Both the position numbers and the translations under genes were made by a program. The notes beneath the pieces were generated by a model. The model ran no database searches and was not told where the DNA came from. It worked only from the letters and a program-made list of their open reading frames with translations. Shown piece after piece: positions 7,442-17,229 of a stretch of 64,000 bases of DNA. Numbering within the stretch: position 1 is the stretch's first letter; each line of letters begins with the position of its first letter. Source of the stretch: Planctomycetota bacterium (GTDB taxonomy: Bacteria > Planctomycetota > UBA1135 > UBA2386); assembly GCA_965223545.1 (NCBI GenBank), contig OZ245006.1:4224001-4288000 (forward strand), given 5' to 3'.

Positions 7442-8545
7442 ATGGAAACGAAGCGTGTAATCGTCGTTGGCTGCGGCGGCTTCATCGGGAGCCACCTGGT
7501 CGAGCGGCTTTTGAGTACCGATGGGTACGAGGTGATCGGCTTCGATACCTCGAGCCACAAGATCGCGGCGCACCTCGACAACCCGCGCTTCACGTTCCGC
7601 AACACGTACATCGAGGCCGCCAACGTGGAGGCCGAGATCGGCCCCTACCTGGACGACTGCCATGCGCTGTTCTCCCTGGCGGCGGTCTGCAACCCCGCCG
7701 AGTACGTCGCCAACCCGGTCTACACGATCGAGTCGAACTTCATCGACTCCTACAAGCTGGTCGAGCTGTGCGCGAAGCGCGGCATCTGGCTCATCCACAC
7801 CTCGACCTGCGAGGTGTACGGCCGAACGCTGGCCAGCTACTTGGACGACAACGACTACTCCGATCCGCGACTCTACGAGCAGGTCGAAGACGAGACGCCG
7901 CACGTGATGGGGCCGACGGTCAACCAGCGTTGGTGCTACGCCGCGGCCAAGGCGCTGCTCGAGCGCTACATCTACGCCAACCACACCGAGCGCGGTCTGC
8001 CGTTCACGATCGTCCGGCCGTACAACTGGTTCGGGCCGCGCATGGACTACATCCCCGGCCGCGATGGCGAGGGGACGCCCCGCGTGCTCGCCTGCTTCAT
8101 GAAGGCGCTGCTCGACAACGAGCCGATCCAGCTCGTCGACGGTGGAACCGCGACGCGGACCATCACCTACATCGACGACTGCATCGATGCCTTGATGCGC
8201 ATGCTCGAGCGGCCGGCGAAGGCGCAGAACACTTTCTTCAACATCGGTAATCGCGCCAGCGAAGTCACCGTGGCGGAGCTCGCATCGCTGATGATCGAGC
8301 TCTACGCCGAGATCACCGGTGACGAGGCGCGGCGGAGCCACCCCGTCCTGGAGGTCACCGGGGAGCAGTTCTACGGCAAGGGCTACGAGGACTGCGACCG
8401 CCGAGTCCCGAGTGTCGAGCGCGCCGAGCAGCGGCTCGACTGGTATCCCAAGGCGGACCTGCGCACGACCTTGCGCAGGACGATGGAGTACTTCCACGCC
8501 GCCTACGGCGTCCGTTCGGACGCAGCGGTCGACGGCGGCCGGTGA
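7442..8545 (+). CDS. UDP-glucuronate decarboxylase-family SDR, UDP-apiose/UDP-xylose synthase (UAXS/UAS)-like
   Basis: GCGGFIG, AAVCNPAEY, SNFID, STCEVYG, QRWCYAAAK, VRPYNWFGPRMDYIPG, PRVLACF, FYGKGYED. Confidence 0.85.
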   Translation: METKRVIVVGCGGFIGSHLVERLLSTDGYEVIGFDTSSHKIAAHLDNPRFTFRNTYIEAANVEAEIGPYLDDCHALFSLAAVCNPAEYVANPVYTIESNFIDSYKLVELCAKRGIWLIHTSTCEVYGRTLASYLDDNDYSDPRLYEQVEDETPHVMGPTVNQRWCYAAAKALLERYIYANHTERGLPFTIVRPYNWFGPRMDYIPGRDGEGTPRVLACFMKALLDNEPIQLVDGGTATRTITYIDDCIDALMRMLERPAKAQNTFFNIGNRASEVTVAELASLMIELYAEITGDEARRSHPVLEVTGEQFYGKGYEDCDRRVPSVERAEQRLDWYPKADLRTTLRRTMEYFHAAYGVRSDAAVDGGR

Positions 8546-8549
8546 GTCG

Positions 8550-9308
8550 TCACCCCGGCGGTCCGGGCGTTGCTTCGGCCGCCGTGGGCTTGAAGCGCCC
8601 CAGCTTGTACTTGGCCATCACCTTGAGACAGCGCAGCCCGTAGACCACCGGGTTGAGGTGGGACTCCTCGTCGGCGTAGCGCGTCGGGATGGCCAGCTCG
8701 TCGACGGTGAAGCCGCGTGCTCTTGCCGAAGCGATGACTTCGAGGTCGAAATCGAAGTAGTAGCTCAGGCGTTCGAAAGGGATCTGCTCGACGGCTCGGC
8801 GGCTGTAGAGCATGAACCCCGAGTGGTAATCCGTCATGCGCAGCCCGAAGGTCTTGTTCTCCATCCAAGTCAGGACCTTGCCGGCGACGTACTTGTAGTA
8901 CGGCATCCCCCCGCGCAGGGCGGTGCCGTCCTTGTGTCGTGACCCTTGCAGCACGTCGATGCCGTGCGTGGCCATGTGGTCGATGAACTCGACGACCTTT
9001 TCCGGGGGGTACTGTCCGTCGGCGTGTAGGCACGCGACGTAACCGGCCTCGGCCTCGGCAGCGCACTGCCGCAGGCCCTCGCGCACGGCGGCGCCGTAGC
9101 CGCGGTTCTCTGCGAACCGGACGACGCGGACTTGCTCGTGTGCGGCGGCGATGCGCTCGGCGACCTCTTGGGTGGCGTCGGCGCTGCCGTCGTTGATGAT
9201 GAACGCCGCCGTCAAGCGTCGCCAGAGCTCGTCGGGAAACCGATCGAACACGCCGTCCAAGGTGCCGCTCGCGTTGTACGCGGGGACGAAGACCGCGCAG
9301 CGGTTCAT
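8550..9308 (-). CDS. GT2 glycosyltransferase, polyprenol-phosphate (DPM synthase-like) type
   Basis: VPAYNA, INDGSAD, NRGYGAA, LHADGQY, QGSR, TDYHSGF, IPTRY. Confidence 0.9.
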   Translation of the reverse strand: MNRCAVFVPAYNASGTLDGVFDRFPDELWRRLTAAFIINDGSADATQEVAERIAAAHEQVRVVRFAENRGYGAAVREGLRQCAAEAEAGYVACLHADGQYPPEKVVEFIDHMATHGIDVLQGSRHKDGTALRGGMPYYKYVAGKVLTWMENKTFGLRMTDYHSGFMLYSRRAVEQIPFERLSYYFDFDLEVIASARARGFTVDELAIPTRYADEESHLNPVVYGLRCLKVMAKYKLGRFKPTAAEATPGPPG

Positions 9309-10681
9309 GCTTCACCACCCGTGGGATCCGGCGTCGAGCCACCGCCGCGTCGGCCGGCGAGCAAAGCCAAGCCGGCGGCGATCGCGGTGAACAGCGGTAC
9401 GTCGAGCTCGCTGCGGTAGCGCGGCAGCGCGGTGGTATTGGCCGCGGCTCCAATGATGGCGAGGATGCACAGAGCGAGGCCGATCAACACCACGTGCGCA
9501 CGCCTGCGACGGCGCACGGCCAGCCAGAACCCGCCGACCAGCGCGATCGTCGCCACCGCGGGAATCACCAGGCGGAACAGGACCTTGCCGGCTGCCACCC
9601 CCCAGTGGCCTTCTGCCGTCACTTGGTCGAGGCTGCGGTCGACCCTTCTCTGGTAGTCCTCGTCGAGCCAGGTGAAGTCGTAGCCGCCGAGGACACGGCT
9701 CACCAAGAGGACGCCCTCCATGGCGTAGCGCCCAGGGCGCGCACGCATGCTCTCCCTGGCGACCTCGAGAAACTCCGCATCGATCGCTGCCCGCGGCATG
9801 CCCTGCTGGAGCAGCCGAATGTAGATCTGCCACTGAATCTGCAGCGCCAGCGACGGCCCCAAGTGCGGATGGTCGGGAAAGTCGTCGCGGAGATCTCGGG
9901 CTTGGTCGCGGATGCGGACGCCGTGCTCGCCCTCCGGCGCCAGGTGCCAGGTGCGCAAGAACAGCTGCATTCCCGACAGGCAGGCGGGGGCGAAGAAGCC
10001 GTGCCGCACCTGGTTGCGCACCATCCAAGGCAGCACGATCACGGCAGTCATCAGTACGACCGCGCCGGCGCGACGCCAGCGGTGCAGCCGCTGGCCCTGC
10101 ATGGCGAACAGCGCGGCCGGGAATGCCAGCGCCGCCCAGGCGCCGCGGGTCAGTCCCAACACGCCGAAGCAAAAGCCGGCGAGCGCGCACCACCGCGCGC
10201 TGGCGCGGTCGATGCCGCGGATCAGGGTGGCGATCGCCGCCACTAGCATGATTTGTTGCAGTGGTGAGGAGTAGAGCTCGCGCAAGGTGGCCAGCTGATC
10301 ACCGTCGATCGCCCACAACCAGGTGACGATGGCGGCGGCGACATGGTTGCCGGGCAACAGCCGACGCAGAATCCACAGGCCGATGAGCATCGCCGCGATC
10401 GACGCACAGGCCCAGAAGCGCAGCAACGGCACCAGATCGCGGCCGAGCAGCTCCATGCTGAGCATGAGCGCGAACGGAAACCCCGGTTCGCGCGACTCGT
10501 TGGTGTACACGCCGGTGTCCCGCAGCTTGACCGCCGCGTCGTAGTACTCAGCGGCGTCCCACCGAATGGGGGGGATCTCGAACCACTGGGGACAGAGCCG
10601 GAGCACCGCACCCACCGCAATTCCCGCCACCACCAGCCACAGGACCCACTTCGGCTGCGGACGCTCAGCGCGGGGTTGCAT
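9305..10681 (-). CDS. Polytopic membrane glycosyltransferase (GT-C, ArnT/PMT-like)
   Basis: WDAAEY loop after TM1, REPGFP, many TM helices, PWMVRN, PRY near the C-terminus. Overlaps the GT2 start. Confidence 0.75.
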   Translation of the reverse strand: MQPRAERPQPKWVLWLVVAGIAVGAVLRLCPQWFEIPPIRWDAAEYYDAAVKLRDTGVYTNESREPGFPFALMLSMELLGRDLVPLLRFWACASIAAMLIGLWILRRLLPGNHVAAAIVTWLWAIDGDQLATLRELYSSPLQQIMLVAAIATLIRGIDRASARWCALAGFCFGVLGLTRGAWAALAFPAALFAMQGQRLHRWRRAGAVVLMTAVIVLPWMVRNQVRHGFFAPACLSGMQLFLRTWHLAPEGEHGVRIRDQARDLRDDFPDHPHLGPSLALQIQWQIYIRLLQQGMPRAAIDAEFLEVARESMRARPGRYAMEGVLLVSRVLGGYDFTWLDEDYQRRVDRSLDQVTAEGHWGVAAGKVLFRLVIPAVATIALVGGFWLAVRRRRRAHVVLIGLALCILAIIGAAANTTALPRYRSELDVPLFTAIAAGLALLAGRRGGGSTPDPTGGEA

Positions 10682-12062
10682 GCCAGACCCTGCGCGACAG
10701 GAGCGTGCCGATGAGCGCGACCGGGATCATTGCGATGGGCCACGCCATCCAATTCGCCGGATCCGCCGCCGCCGGCCCGTTGGGCAGCGTGGCCCAGTAG
10801 GTCAGAGACATGACGCCCGTGCCGGCATAGACGAATCCGTCGATGATGCCGACCGCCGTGCCCGCGTTCTTGCGCCCGCCGAAATCCATGCTCGCCGTGC
10901 CCGACAGCATCCCGTGCACGCCGATCACGCACAGGGACATGACGACGACCAGCGGGCCCAACGCCGGAGTTCGATAGAGGAACGCCAGCAGCACCGCGCC
11001 GATCAGCATGGCCGAATACAACAGCGCGGCGACCGGCCCGCGCCGGGACTGGAACACTCGATCGGAGATCACGCCGGCGACCACGCCGCCGAGGATTCCC
11101 GCTGCGCACAGGAGCATGCCCCAGTTGTCGTAGACGAAGCCGCCATCACCCTCGGTCTGTTTGATGAACGTGCGGTACCACTGCATGATCGCCTGGCGGA
11201 GGAACCCGCTGCAGAACTCGATCAGCGCGATGGTCAGGATCACCGGGTTGCGCAGCATCATCGCGAACACCGCCGCCGCTCCGAGCCGGCGGTCGTCTTC
11301 CGGCGAGGCCGCGTCGCCGGTGTCGAAGTCGGTGTGGCCTGCCTGTCCCGGTGTGTTGCGCACCACGATGACGATGACCACCGAGAACACCGCCAGCAGA
11401 ACCGCCGGCACGAAGAACACGGCCTGCAGTGGCCAGACCTCGAGCAGCATCCTGCCGACGTCGAAGGCGAAGTAGATGCCGAGCGAGATCAGGATTCCGA
11501 AGATCGCGCCGAACACGCCCCGCTCGCGGACGTGGAACCACGGTGCGTTGCACTTGACGATGGCGACCGCGCCAAAGCTCTGGAAGTACATGTTGGTGCC
11601 GTACAGCAGCACCAACCAAAGCTGGAGTTGTTCGGCGGACGGCCGGTCGGCGATGTCGCGGCCCAGGATGTCCATCGTCAGCCAGCCGGTCAGCGCGTTG
11701 CAGGCCAGCGAACCGAGTGCTCCGGCCAGGATGGCGGCCTTGCCACCAAAGCGATCGGTGAGCGGCCCGTTGAGCACGAACGCGCAGCCGTAGACGAACG
11801 TGCCGACGCCGAAGATCGTCGCGAAGTGCGCGTTGTCCATGAGCCCCAGATCCTGGAACTCGTCCTTGGCGACGGTCAGGTTGTAGCGCCCCATGTAGAG
11901 GAACGCGTAGGTCAGCCCGAGCGGCAACCAGTTGAGCACTCGCCGTCGCCGATAGCTCGCCGACAGATCGAGCCCTTCGACCCGTGGCAGCCGCGCGATC
12001 ACGACCGCGACGACCGCCAACAGGATCAGGATGGGGAGGAAGTTATCGAGCCAGGTGGGCAT
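10665..12062 (-). CDS. MFS transporter, GlpT/UhpC (organophosphate) type
   Basis: YAFLYMGRYNL, GPLTDRFGG, PWFHVRERG, GVISDRVFQSRRGP, AGTAVGIIDGFVY. Start chosen at MPTWL. Confidence 0.88.
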   Translation of the reverse strand: MPTWLDNFLPILILLAVVAVVIARLPRVEGLDLSASYRRRRVLNWLPLGLTYAFLYMGRYNLTVAKDEFQDLGLMDNAHFATIFGVGTFVYGCAFVLNGPLTDRFGGKAAILAGALGSLACNALTGWLTMDILGRDIADRPSAEQLQLWLVLLYGTNMYFQSFGAVAIVKCNAPWFHVRERGVFGAIFGILISLGIYFAFDVGRMLLEVWPLQAVFFVPAVLLAVFSVVIVIVVRNTPGQAGHTDFDTGDAASPEDDRRLGAAAVFAMMLRNPVILTIALIEFCSGFLRQAIMQWYRTFIKQTEGDGGFVYDNWGMLLCAAGILGGVVAGVISDRVFQSRRGPVAALLYSAMLIGAVLLAFLYRTPALGPLVVVMSLCVIGVHGMLSGTASMDFGGRKNAGTAVGIIDGFVYAGTGVMSLTYWATLPNGPAAADPANWMAWPIAMIPVALIGTLLSRRVWHATPR

Positions 12063-12285
12063 CAGGCGGGACCGCGTCAAAGAGTAGTGGCAACGCCTGG
12101 CATCCCAAGGCCGTGCCATCGAGGTTTCCGCCCCGCCGGCCGCCGCCGCCTCTCTTTCCGGCTGGCCGGCGCAGCCCGGTCCGGCGTGGTCGATCGGCAG
12201 CAACCGAGTCTTGAGCCACCGCTGGCGCCACCTACCATGACCCCTTTTCCCCATTCCGCGGCCGGTCCCCCCCGGGCGCCGTTCC

Positions 12286-13944
12286 ATGACGATTGCGCAA
12301 GAGCTGGCCGACGCCCTCGGCCTCGAGAACGTTCGCTACAAGGAGAACCTCGACAAGGAGGCCCTGTTCCACGAGGCGATCGCCAACGATCGCGGGCGGG
12401 TGGTAAAGGACGGCCCCGACGATGCGCAAAAGGCCTTCCCGACCAAGCTGGGAATCAACGGGCCGCTGGTGTTCTACACCGACCCGAGCTGCACCGGGCG
12501 CCCGGTGCAGGACACTTTCGCGGTGGCGTGGCCGGAGCTGGAAGACGAGGTCTGGTGGAAGAAGGACTTTCAGAAGTTCGACCCCGCCAAGTTCGAGGCG
12601 CTGTTGCGCCGCGTCGTCGAGCACCTCAACGGCAAGGGAGCGAGTCTCTACGTCAAGGATGTGTACTGCGGTACGGACCCCGAGTATGCCGTTCCCTATC
12701 GGTTCGTCGGCGAGTACGCGACGCACGCGCTGTTCGTCCACAACATGTTCCCCAAGGGGATCCAAGGGGTCGGCGACGAGTCCGGCAAGCGTTGGACGTT
12801 GCTCAACGTGCCGACGTTCCACTGCGACCCGGACCGGGATGGCACGCGGTCGGCCCGCGTGGTCGTCGCCGACATGAAGAACCGCATCGCGCTGGTGTGC
12901 GGGCGCGCTGACTACTGCGGCGTGAACAAGAAGATGATGTTCACGGTGATGAACTACATGCTGCCGAAGATGGGGCACTTGTCGATGCACTGCTCCGCCA
13001 ACGTCGGACAGGGCGGCGATGGCGCGATTCTGTTCGGCCTGTCGGGAACCGGCAAGACCACGCTCTCCGCGGATCCCCACCGCGAGCTCATCGGCGACGA
13101 CGAGCACGCGTGGACCGCGAGCGGGGTCAGCAACCTCGAAGACGGTTGCTACGCGAAGCTGATCGACCTGGACAAGGAGGCCGAGCCGATCATCGCCGCG
13201 GCGTTGTCGATGCCCGGCACCCTGGTCGAGAACGTGCCGCCGCTGCCCGGCCGCAAGATGGAGGACACCGATCCACAAGAGCTGGACCTGACCGACTCTT
13301 CGATCACCGAGAACACCCGGTTCTCTTATCCGCTGACCTGCAATCCGAACGTCGCGGCGGGCGCCAAGGGGCCGCACCCGGAGACGATCGTGCTGCTCAC
13401 CGCCGACGCGTTCGGGGTCCTGCCGCCGGTCGCGGTGCTGACTCCGCGCGACGTGATGTACCACTTCGTTTCCGGCTTCACCGCCAAGCTGGCCGGCACC
13501 GAGGTGGGGATCACCGAGCCGGTGGCGGCGTTCAGCGCCTGCTTCGGTGCACCATTCATGGCGCAGAAGCCGCCGGTGTACGCGAAGCTGCTCGCCGACA
13601 AGATGAAGAAGCACGAGACGCGCTGCATCTTGCTCAACACCGGCTGGGGCGGCGGCCCGTACGGGACCGGCAAGCGCATCTCGATCCAGCACACGCGCGC
13701 GCTGCTCGATGCCGCGCTCCGCGGCGATCTCGACGAGGGCAAGGTCGAGTACGAGCAGCACTCCGTGTTCAACCTGTCGATGCCGAAGAGCTGCCCGGGA
13801 GTGCCGGCCGAGATCCTCAATCCGCGCAACACGTGGGCCGACAAGGAGGCCTACGACGCAGCGGCGTCCAAGCTGCGCGACATGTTCCGCGAGAACTTCG
13901 ACAGCAAGGGTTTTGCAGCGCTGGGTCTCGAGCCGGTGATGTAG
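12286..13944 (+). CDS. pckA: Phosphoenolpyruvate carboxykinase (ATP)
   Basis: SMHCSAN, FGLSGTGKTTLS, LIGDDEH, GCYAK, TENTR, LTADAFGVLPP, FSACFGAPF, NTGW. Confidence 0.97.
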   Translation: MTIAQELADALGLENVRYKENLDKEALFHEAIANDRGRVVKDGPDDAQKAFPTKLGINGPLVFYTDPSCTGRPVQDTFAVAWPELEDEVWWKKDFQKFDPAKFEALLRRVVEHLNGKGASLYVKDVYCGTDPEYAVPYRFVGEYATHALFVHNMFPKGIQGVGDESGKRWTLLNVPTFHCDPDRDGTRSARVVVADMKNRIALVCGRADYCGVNKKMMFTVMNYMLPKMGHLSMHCSANVGQGGDGAILFGLSGTGKTTLSADPHRELIGDDEHAWTASGVSNLEDGCYAKLIDLDKEAEPIIAAALSMPGTLVENVPPLPGRKMEDTDPQELDLTDSSITENTRFSYPLTCNPNVAAGAKGPHPETIVLLTADAFGVLPPVAVLTPRDVMYHFVSGFTAKLAGTEVGITEPVAAFSACFGAPFMAQKPPVYAKLLADKMKKHETRCILLNTGWGGGPYGTGKRISIQHTRALLDAALRGDLDEGKVEYEQHSVFNLSMPKSCPGVPAEILNPRNTWADKEAYDAAASKLRDMFRENFDSKGFAALGLEPVM

Positions 13945-13950
13945 GCGCGG

Positions 13951-15027
13951 TCACGCGCACTCGCGGGCGATCTCGAGGAAGCGCGCCGCCGACTGGCTCC
14001 AGCTGTAGCGCGCGGCGCGGACGCGTCCCTTCGCCGCCAGCTCGTCGCGATAGTCGTCGTCGCCGAGCACGCGGCGCAAGGCGGCGGCGATGTCGTCCTC
14101 GTCGTTGGGGTCGACGTAGTGGGCCGCATCGCCGCAGACCTCGGGCAAGCTGGTCACCTTGGAGGTGATGACGGGGCACCCCTGGCTCATCGCCTCGATC
14201 GGGGGGATGCCGAAGCCCTCGTAGTGTGACGGGTAGCAGAACACCCGCGCACCGCGATAGAGCCGGGCGAGTTCGCGGTCGGAGACATAGCCGGCGAGCT
14301 CGACGCGCGGGTCCTCCAACAGTCGGGCCAGCTCGGGCTGGCGGCCGTAGACCGAGCGGTCGGCGGAGCCGACGATGACGAGCCGCACGGTGGGGTCCTC
14401 GATCTGGCGGAAGGCCCGCACCAGGCCGGCGAAGTTCTTGCGCTTCTGCAGAGTGGCGACGCCCAATACGTAGCTGCCGTCTGCCGCTGCATCGCCGCCG
14501 TTGGCCAACCCGGCTTCGTCGTCGTTCGTCAGCAGCGTGGGCGACACCGCGTTGTAGACCACTTCGATCTTGTCGGCGGGGATCCCCAGGTGTCGCACGA
14601 TCTCCGACTTGGAGAACTCGCTCACCGTGACCACGCGCTCGGCCCGTCGACAGAGGCGCGGCACGAGAAAGCCGTAGTAGTGGTAGAAGCCGCGGGATAC
14701 CCAGTCTCGGTGCAGGAAGCACACATCGTGCACCGTCACGATCGTCGGCTGATAGCGGAGTGGCGCGGTGAAGGTGAGGCCAATCAAGAGTGGGTTGCCG
14801 CGGGCGCGCAACGCGCGCGGCAAGTCGAGCTGCTCCCACGCGATCCCGCGCCGGCGACCGACGACCTCGCAGCCGAGCTCGGCGGAGAGTCCGGCGTCGT
14901 GGGTGTCCGCTGAGCCGATCAACCGCACGGCGGGGTCGAGCCGGCGCATCTCGCGCGAGATCTCGACCGCGTAGCGCTGGGCGCCCGTGATGCGGCGGCT
15001 CAGGAAGCGCGCGTTGATGCAGATCAT
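13951..15027 (-). CDS. GT4 glycosyltransferase
   Basis: [37 protein letters not shown]. Confidence 0.95.
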   Translation of the reverse strand: MICINARFLSRRITGAQRYAVEISREMRRLDPAVRLIGSADTHDAGLSAELGCEVVGRRRGIAWEQLDLPRALRARGNPLLIGLTFTAPLRYQPTIVTVHDVCFLHRDWVSRGFYHYYGFLVPRLCRRAERVVTVSEFSKSEIVRHLGIPADKIEVVYNAVSPTLLTNDDEAGLANGGDAAADGSYVLGVATLQKRKNFAGLVRAFRQIEDPTVRLVIVGSADRSVYGRQPELARLLEDPRVELAGYVSDRELARLYRGARVFCYPSHYEGFGIPPIEAMSQGCPVITSKVTSLPEVCGDAAHYVDPNDEDDIAAALRRVLGDDDYRDELAAKGRVRAARYSWSQSAARFLEIARECA

Positions 15028-15082
15028 GCCGATTTGAGACTAAGCAACCCGTCACGGTGCGCCGATAGACGGGTGCCGTCAA

Positions 15083-15793
15083 GTGCGACACGCCCTCGCC
15101 GAGGGGCGTCGTTCTGTCGGGTCTTTCAACGTCTCTGGGGACAAGGGTTTGGCTGGTTGGTTCGCGGTAATGGCCATCGCAGTGGTAGTTGCGGTGACCA
15201 AGACTCTCATCGACATCTCTCAGGCGGAGATGTCGAGGTTTGCTCCTGCTGAGGAGCCGATCAGCCTCGACACCGACCCGGAGGGGTTTCGCGGGCGCGT
15301 CGAGTTCGACACGTGGGTCGATGGGCGCCAGTGCTTGGTCTTTCAGATCCGCGGCGTGATCCCCGGGGCGCACGGCGACTGGCTCGGCTCGTTCGAGATC
15401 GGCGCGGTCGATCTCAGCGGAGACGAGGCCGTTCCGGTGCGATGCTCGGTCGCGGACTTGCGCGCGCCGGTCAGTGGCGCATTCCGATTCCGCACCGAGC
15501 CGCTGATGCTGGGTGAGATGGCCTGGATCGATGGCTGGACCACGCTGGTGCGGGTGCCGGTCGACTGCTTCCGCTTCCCCGGCAGCGGCGAGCGCCGCGT
15601 CTGCGTGTTCTTCGGCGTCTGCGACTCCTCCGAGGCGGACGCGATCCGTTGCCACGATGAGGTCGAGGTTTCGGTGTCGGCGCCGGACGTGGATGCGCTG
15701 CCGTCGATCGGTGACGTAGACTTGAACGTCATGGACGCCGGCCGGCTCGCGCGGGAGCTGACGGCGCCGCGCGCGACCGGGGCAGCACACTAG
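15083..15793 (+). CDS. Hypothetical protein with an N-terminal TM segment (start uncertain)
   Basis: Fills the gap between GT genes, has host-like codon usage, no recognisable motif. Confidence 0.55.
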   Translation: MRHALAEGRRSVGSFNVSGDKGLAGWFAVMAIAVVVAVTKTLIDISQAEMSRFAPAEEPISLDTDPEGFRGRVEFDTWVDGRQCLVFQIRGVIPGAHGDWLGSFEIGAVDLSGDEAVPVRCSVADLRAPVSGAFRFRTEPLMLGEMAWIDGWTTLVRVPVDCFRFPGSGERRVCVFFGVCDSSEADAIRCHDEVEVSVSAPDVDALPSIGDVDLNVMDAGRLARELTAPRATGAAH

Positions 15794-15846
15794 TCGAGTC
15801 GGCGCGCGCTTGACGGCGCCAGCACCCCCTTCCAACCTAACTGCAC

Positions 15847-17100
15847 GTGTCCACCGCCGACGCAGCCCCGGCCTCGGTCTCGCCGCGCAACGCGGACAAA
15901 CCGTGCATCGTGATCACCTACCCGTATCCGGTCGGGCAGCGGGCGGCGGGTGGTCCGCGGACGCTGAGGGAAGTCGCGTTTCAGCTGACGGCGCAGGGCG
16001 CGGACGTGATCGTGATCTCGGTGTCCACCAACGCGCTCACCCGGCGGTTTCCGCGCAAACCGATGGAGCACAAGTACCTGGGTGAGGAGTGGGACGCGGT
16101 GTTCGCGGCGCACGGCGTCGAGCTGATTCGCGTTCCGCAGGATCGCTGGCTCTATCTCTGGGATGGGCGTCCGGTGCTGCGCGAGATGCGCCGCTTGTTG
16201 GCCCGGCGCCGTGTCGACTTGGTGCTCGGACACTATCACGAAGCGGGCTACCTGCCGGATTTCCTCGCGGCAAGGGGGATTCCGTTCGGCTACTTCGCCA
16301 CCTGGCAGACCTACGCCCCGCTCGCCGCCGAGCCGCGCAGCTGGGCGGGGAGAATGCAGAAGAGCATTCGCGATCGCGTCATCGTCGAAGCGCACCGGAA
16401 GGCGGACATCCACTTTGCCATTTCCGAGTTCACCAAGCGCGAGCTGATCGAGGTGTTGGGGGTCGATCCCGATCGAATCGTGGTCGCACCGCTCGGTGTC
16501 GAGCGCAGCTTCTTGGAGATCCCACGGCAGAGGCCGCAGAAGATCCGCAACCTGCTGTTCTTCGGGCGCATCACCTGGACCAAGGGGTTTCAGGACGCGT
16601 TCGAAGCGCTCGGCCAGCTGCGCCGACAAGGTGTCGAGGACTGGCACCTGCGACTGATCGGCGAGTGCCGCCCGGAGATGGTCGAGGGGCAGGCGAAGAA
16701 GTTCGGCGTGTCGGACAAGATCACCATCGATGGCCCGTTCGACGACGCCGGGTTGCGGCGCGAGCTGCGCGAAGCACACCTCGCCGTGTTGCCTTCGCAC
16801 GCCGAGTCGTTCGGACACGCGATCGTCGAAGCGCAGGCCTCGGGCCTGGCGGTCGTCGCCTATGCCACGGGTTCGGTGACCGAGGTGGTCGCCGATGGCG
16901 AGACCGGTTGGCTGGCGCCGTTCCGCCAACGGGAGGCGCTGGCGACCTGTCTGCAGCAGGCGCTCTCCGATCCGGACCGCTGCTACCGCAGAGGACTCGC
17001 CGCTCGCGAGCGGGTCGCGTCCCTGTATCAATGGGAGCACACCGCCGCCGCGATGCTCGAAGGCCTACGCGATCTCAAACCTGAAAGTACGGAGCCATGA
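15847..17100 (+). CDS. GT4 glycosyltransferase
   Basis: AISEFTK, FFGRITWTKG, LPSHAESFGHAIVEAQASG. Confidence 0.95.
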   Translation: MSTADAAPASVSPRNADKPCIVITYPYPVGQRAAGGPRTLREVAFQLTAQGADVIVISVSTNALTRRFPRKPMEHKYLGEEWDAVFAAHGVELIRVPQDRWLYLWDGRPVLREMRRLLARRRVDLVLGHYHEAGYLPDFLAARGIPFGYFATWQTYAPLAAEPRSWAGRMQKSIRDRVIVEAHRKADIHFAISEFTKRELIEVLGVDPDRIVVAPLGVERSFLEIPRQRPQKIRNLLFFGRITWTKGFQDAFEALGQLRRQGVEDWHLRLIGECRPEMVEGQAKKFGVSDKITIDGPFDDAGLRRELREAHLAVLPSHAESFGHAIVEAQASGLAVVAYATGSVTEVVADGETGWLAPFRQREALATCLQQALSDPDRCYRRGLAARERVASLYQWEHTAAAMLEGLRDLKPESTEP

Positions 17101-17229
17101 GGGTACGGTGAAAGTACGGAGCCAGGCTCCCGTTCATCACTTGGCCAGGCCAGCCGCCCAGGAGGAGGTTGTTGAGCCAAGTGATGAACGGGAGCCTGGC
17201 TCCGTACCCTCATGGCTCCGTACCTTCAG
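17081..17229. repeat. Family-B nested inverted repeat (REP/MITE-like) between convergent genes
   Basis: Perfect 32-bp IR 17114-17145/17176-17207. Outer 28-bp IR 17081-17108/17202-17229 with one mismatch. Confidence 0.92.

Noticed and set aside
10566..12911. Long antisense or alternate-frame ORFs (also 45772..48129, 13817..15835, 2446..3750)
   Set aside because: These are shadow ORFs of high-GC genes, Arg/Pro/Ala-rich and without motifs.
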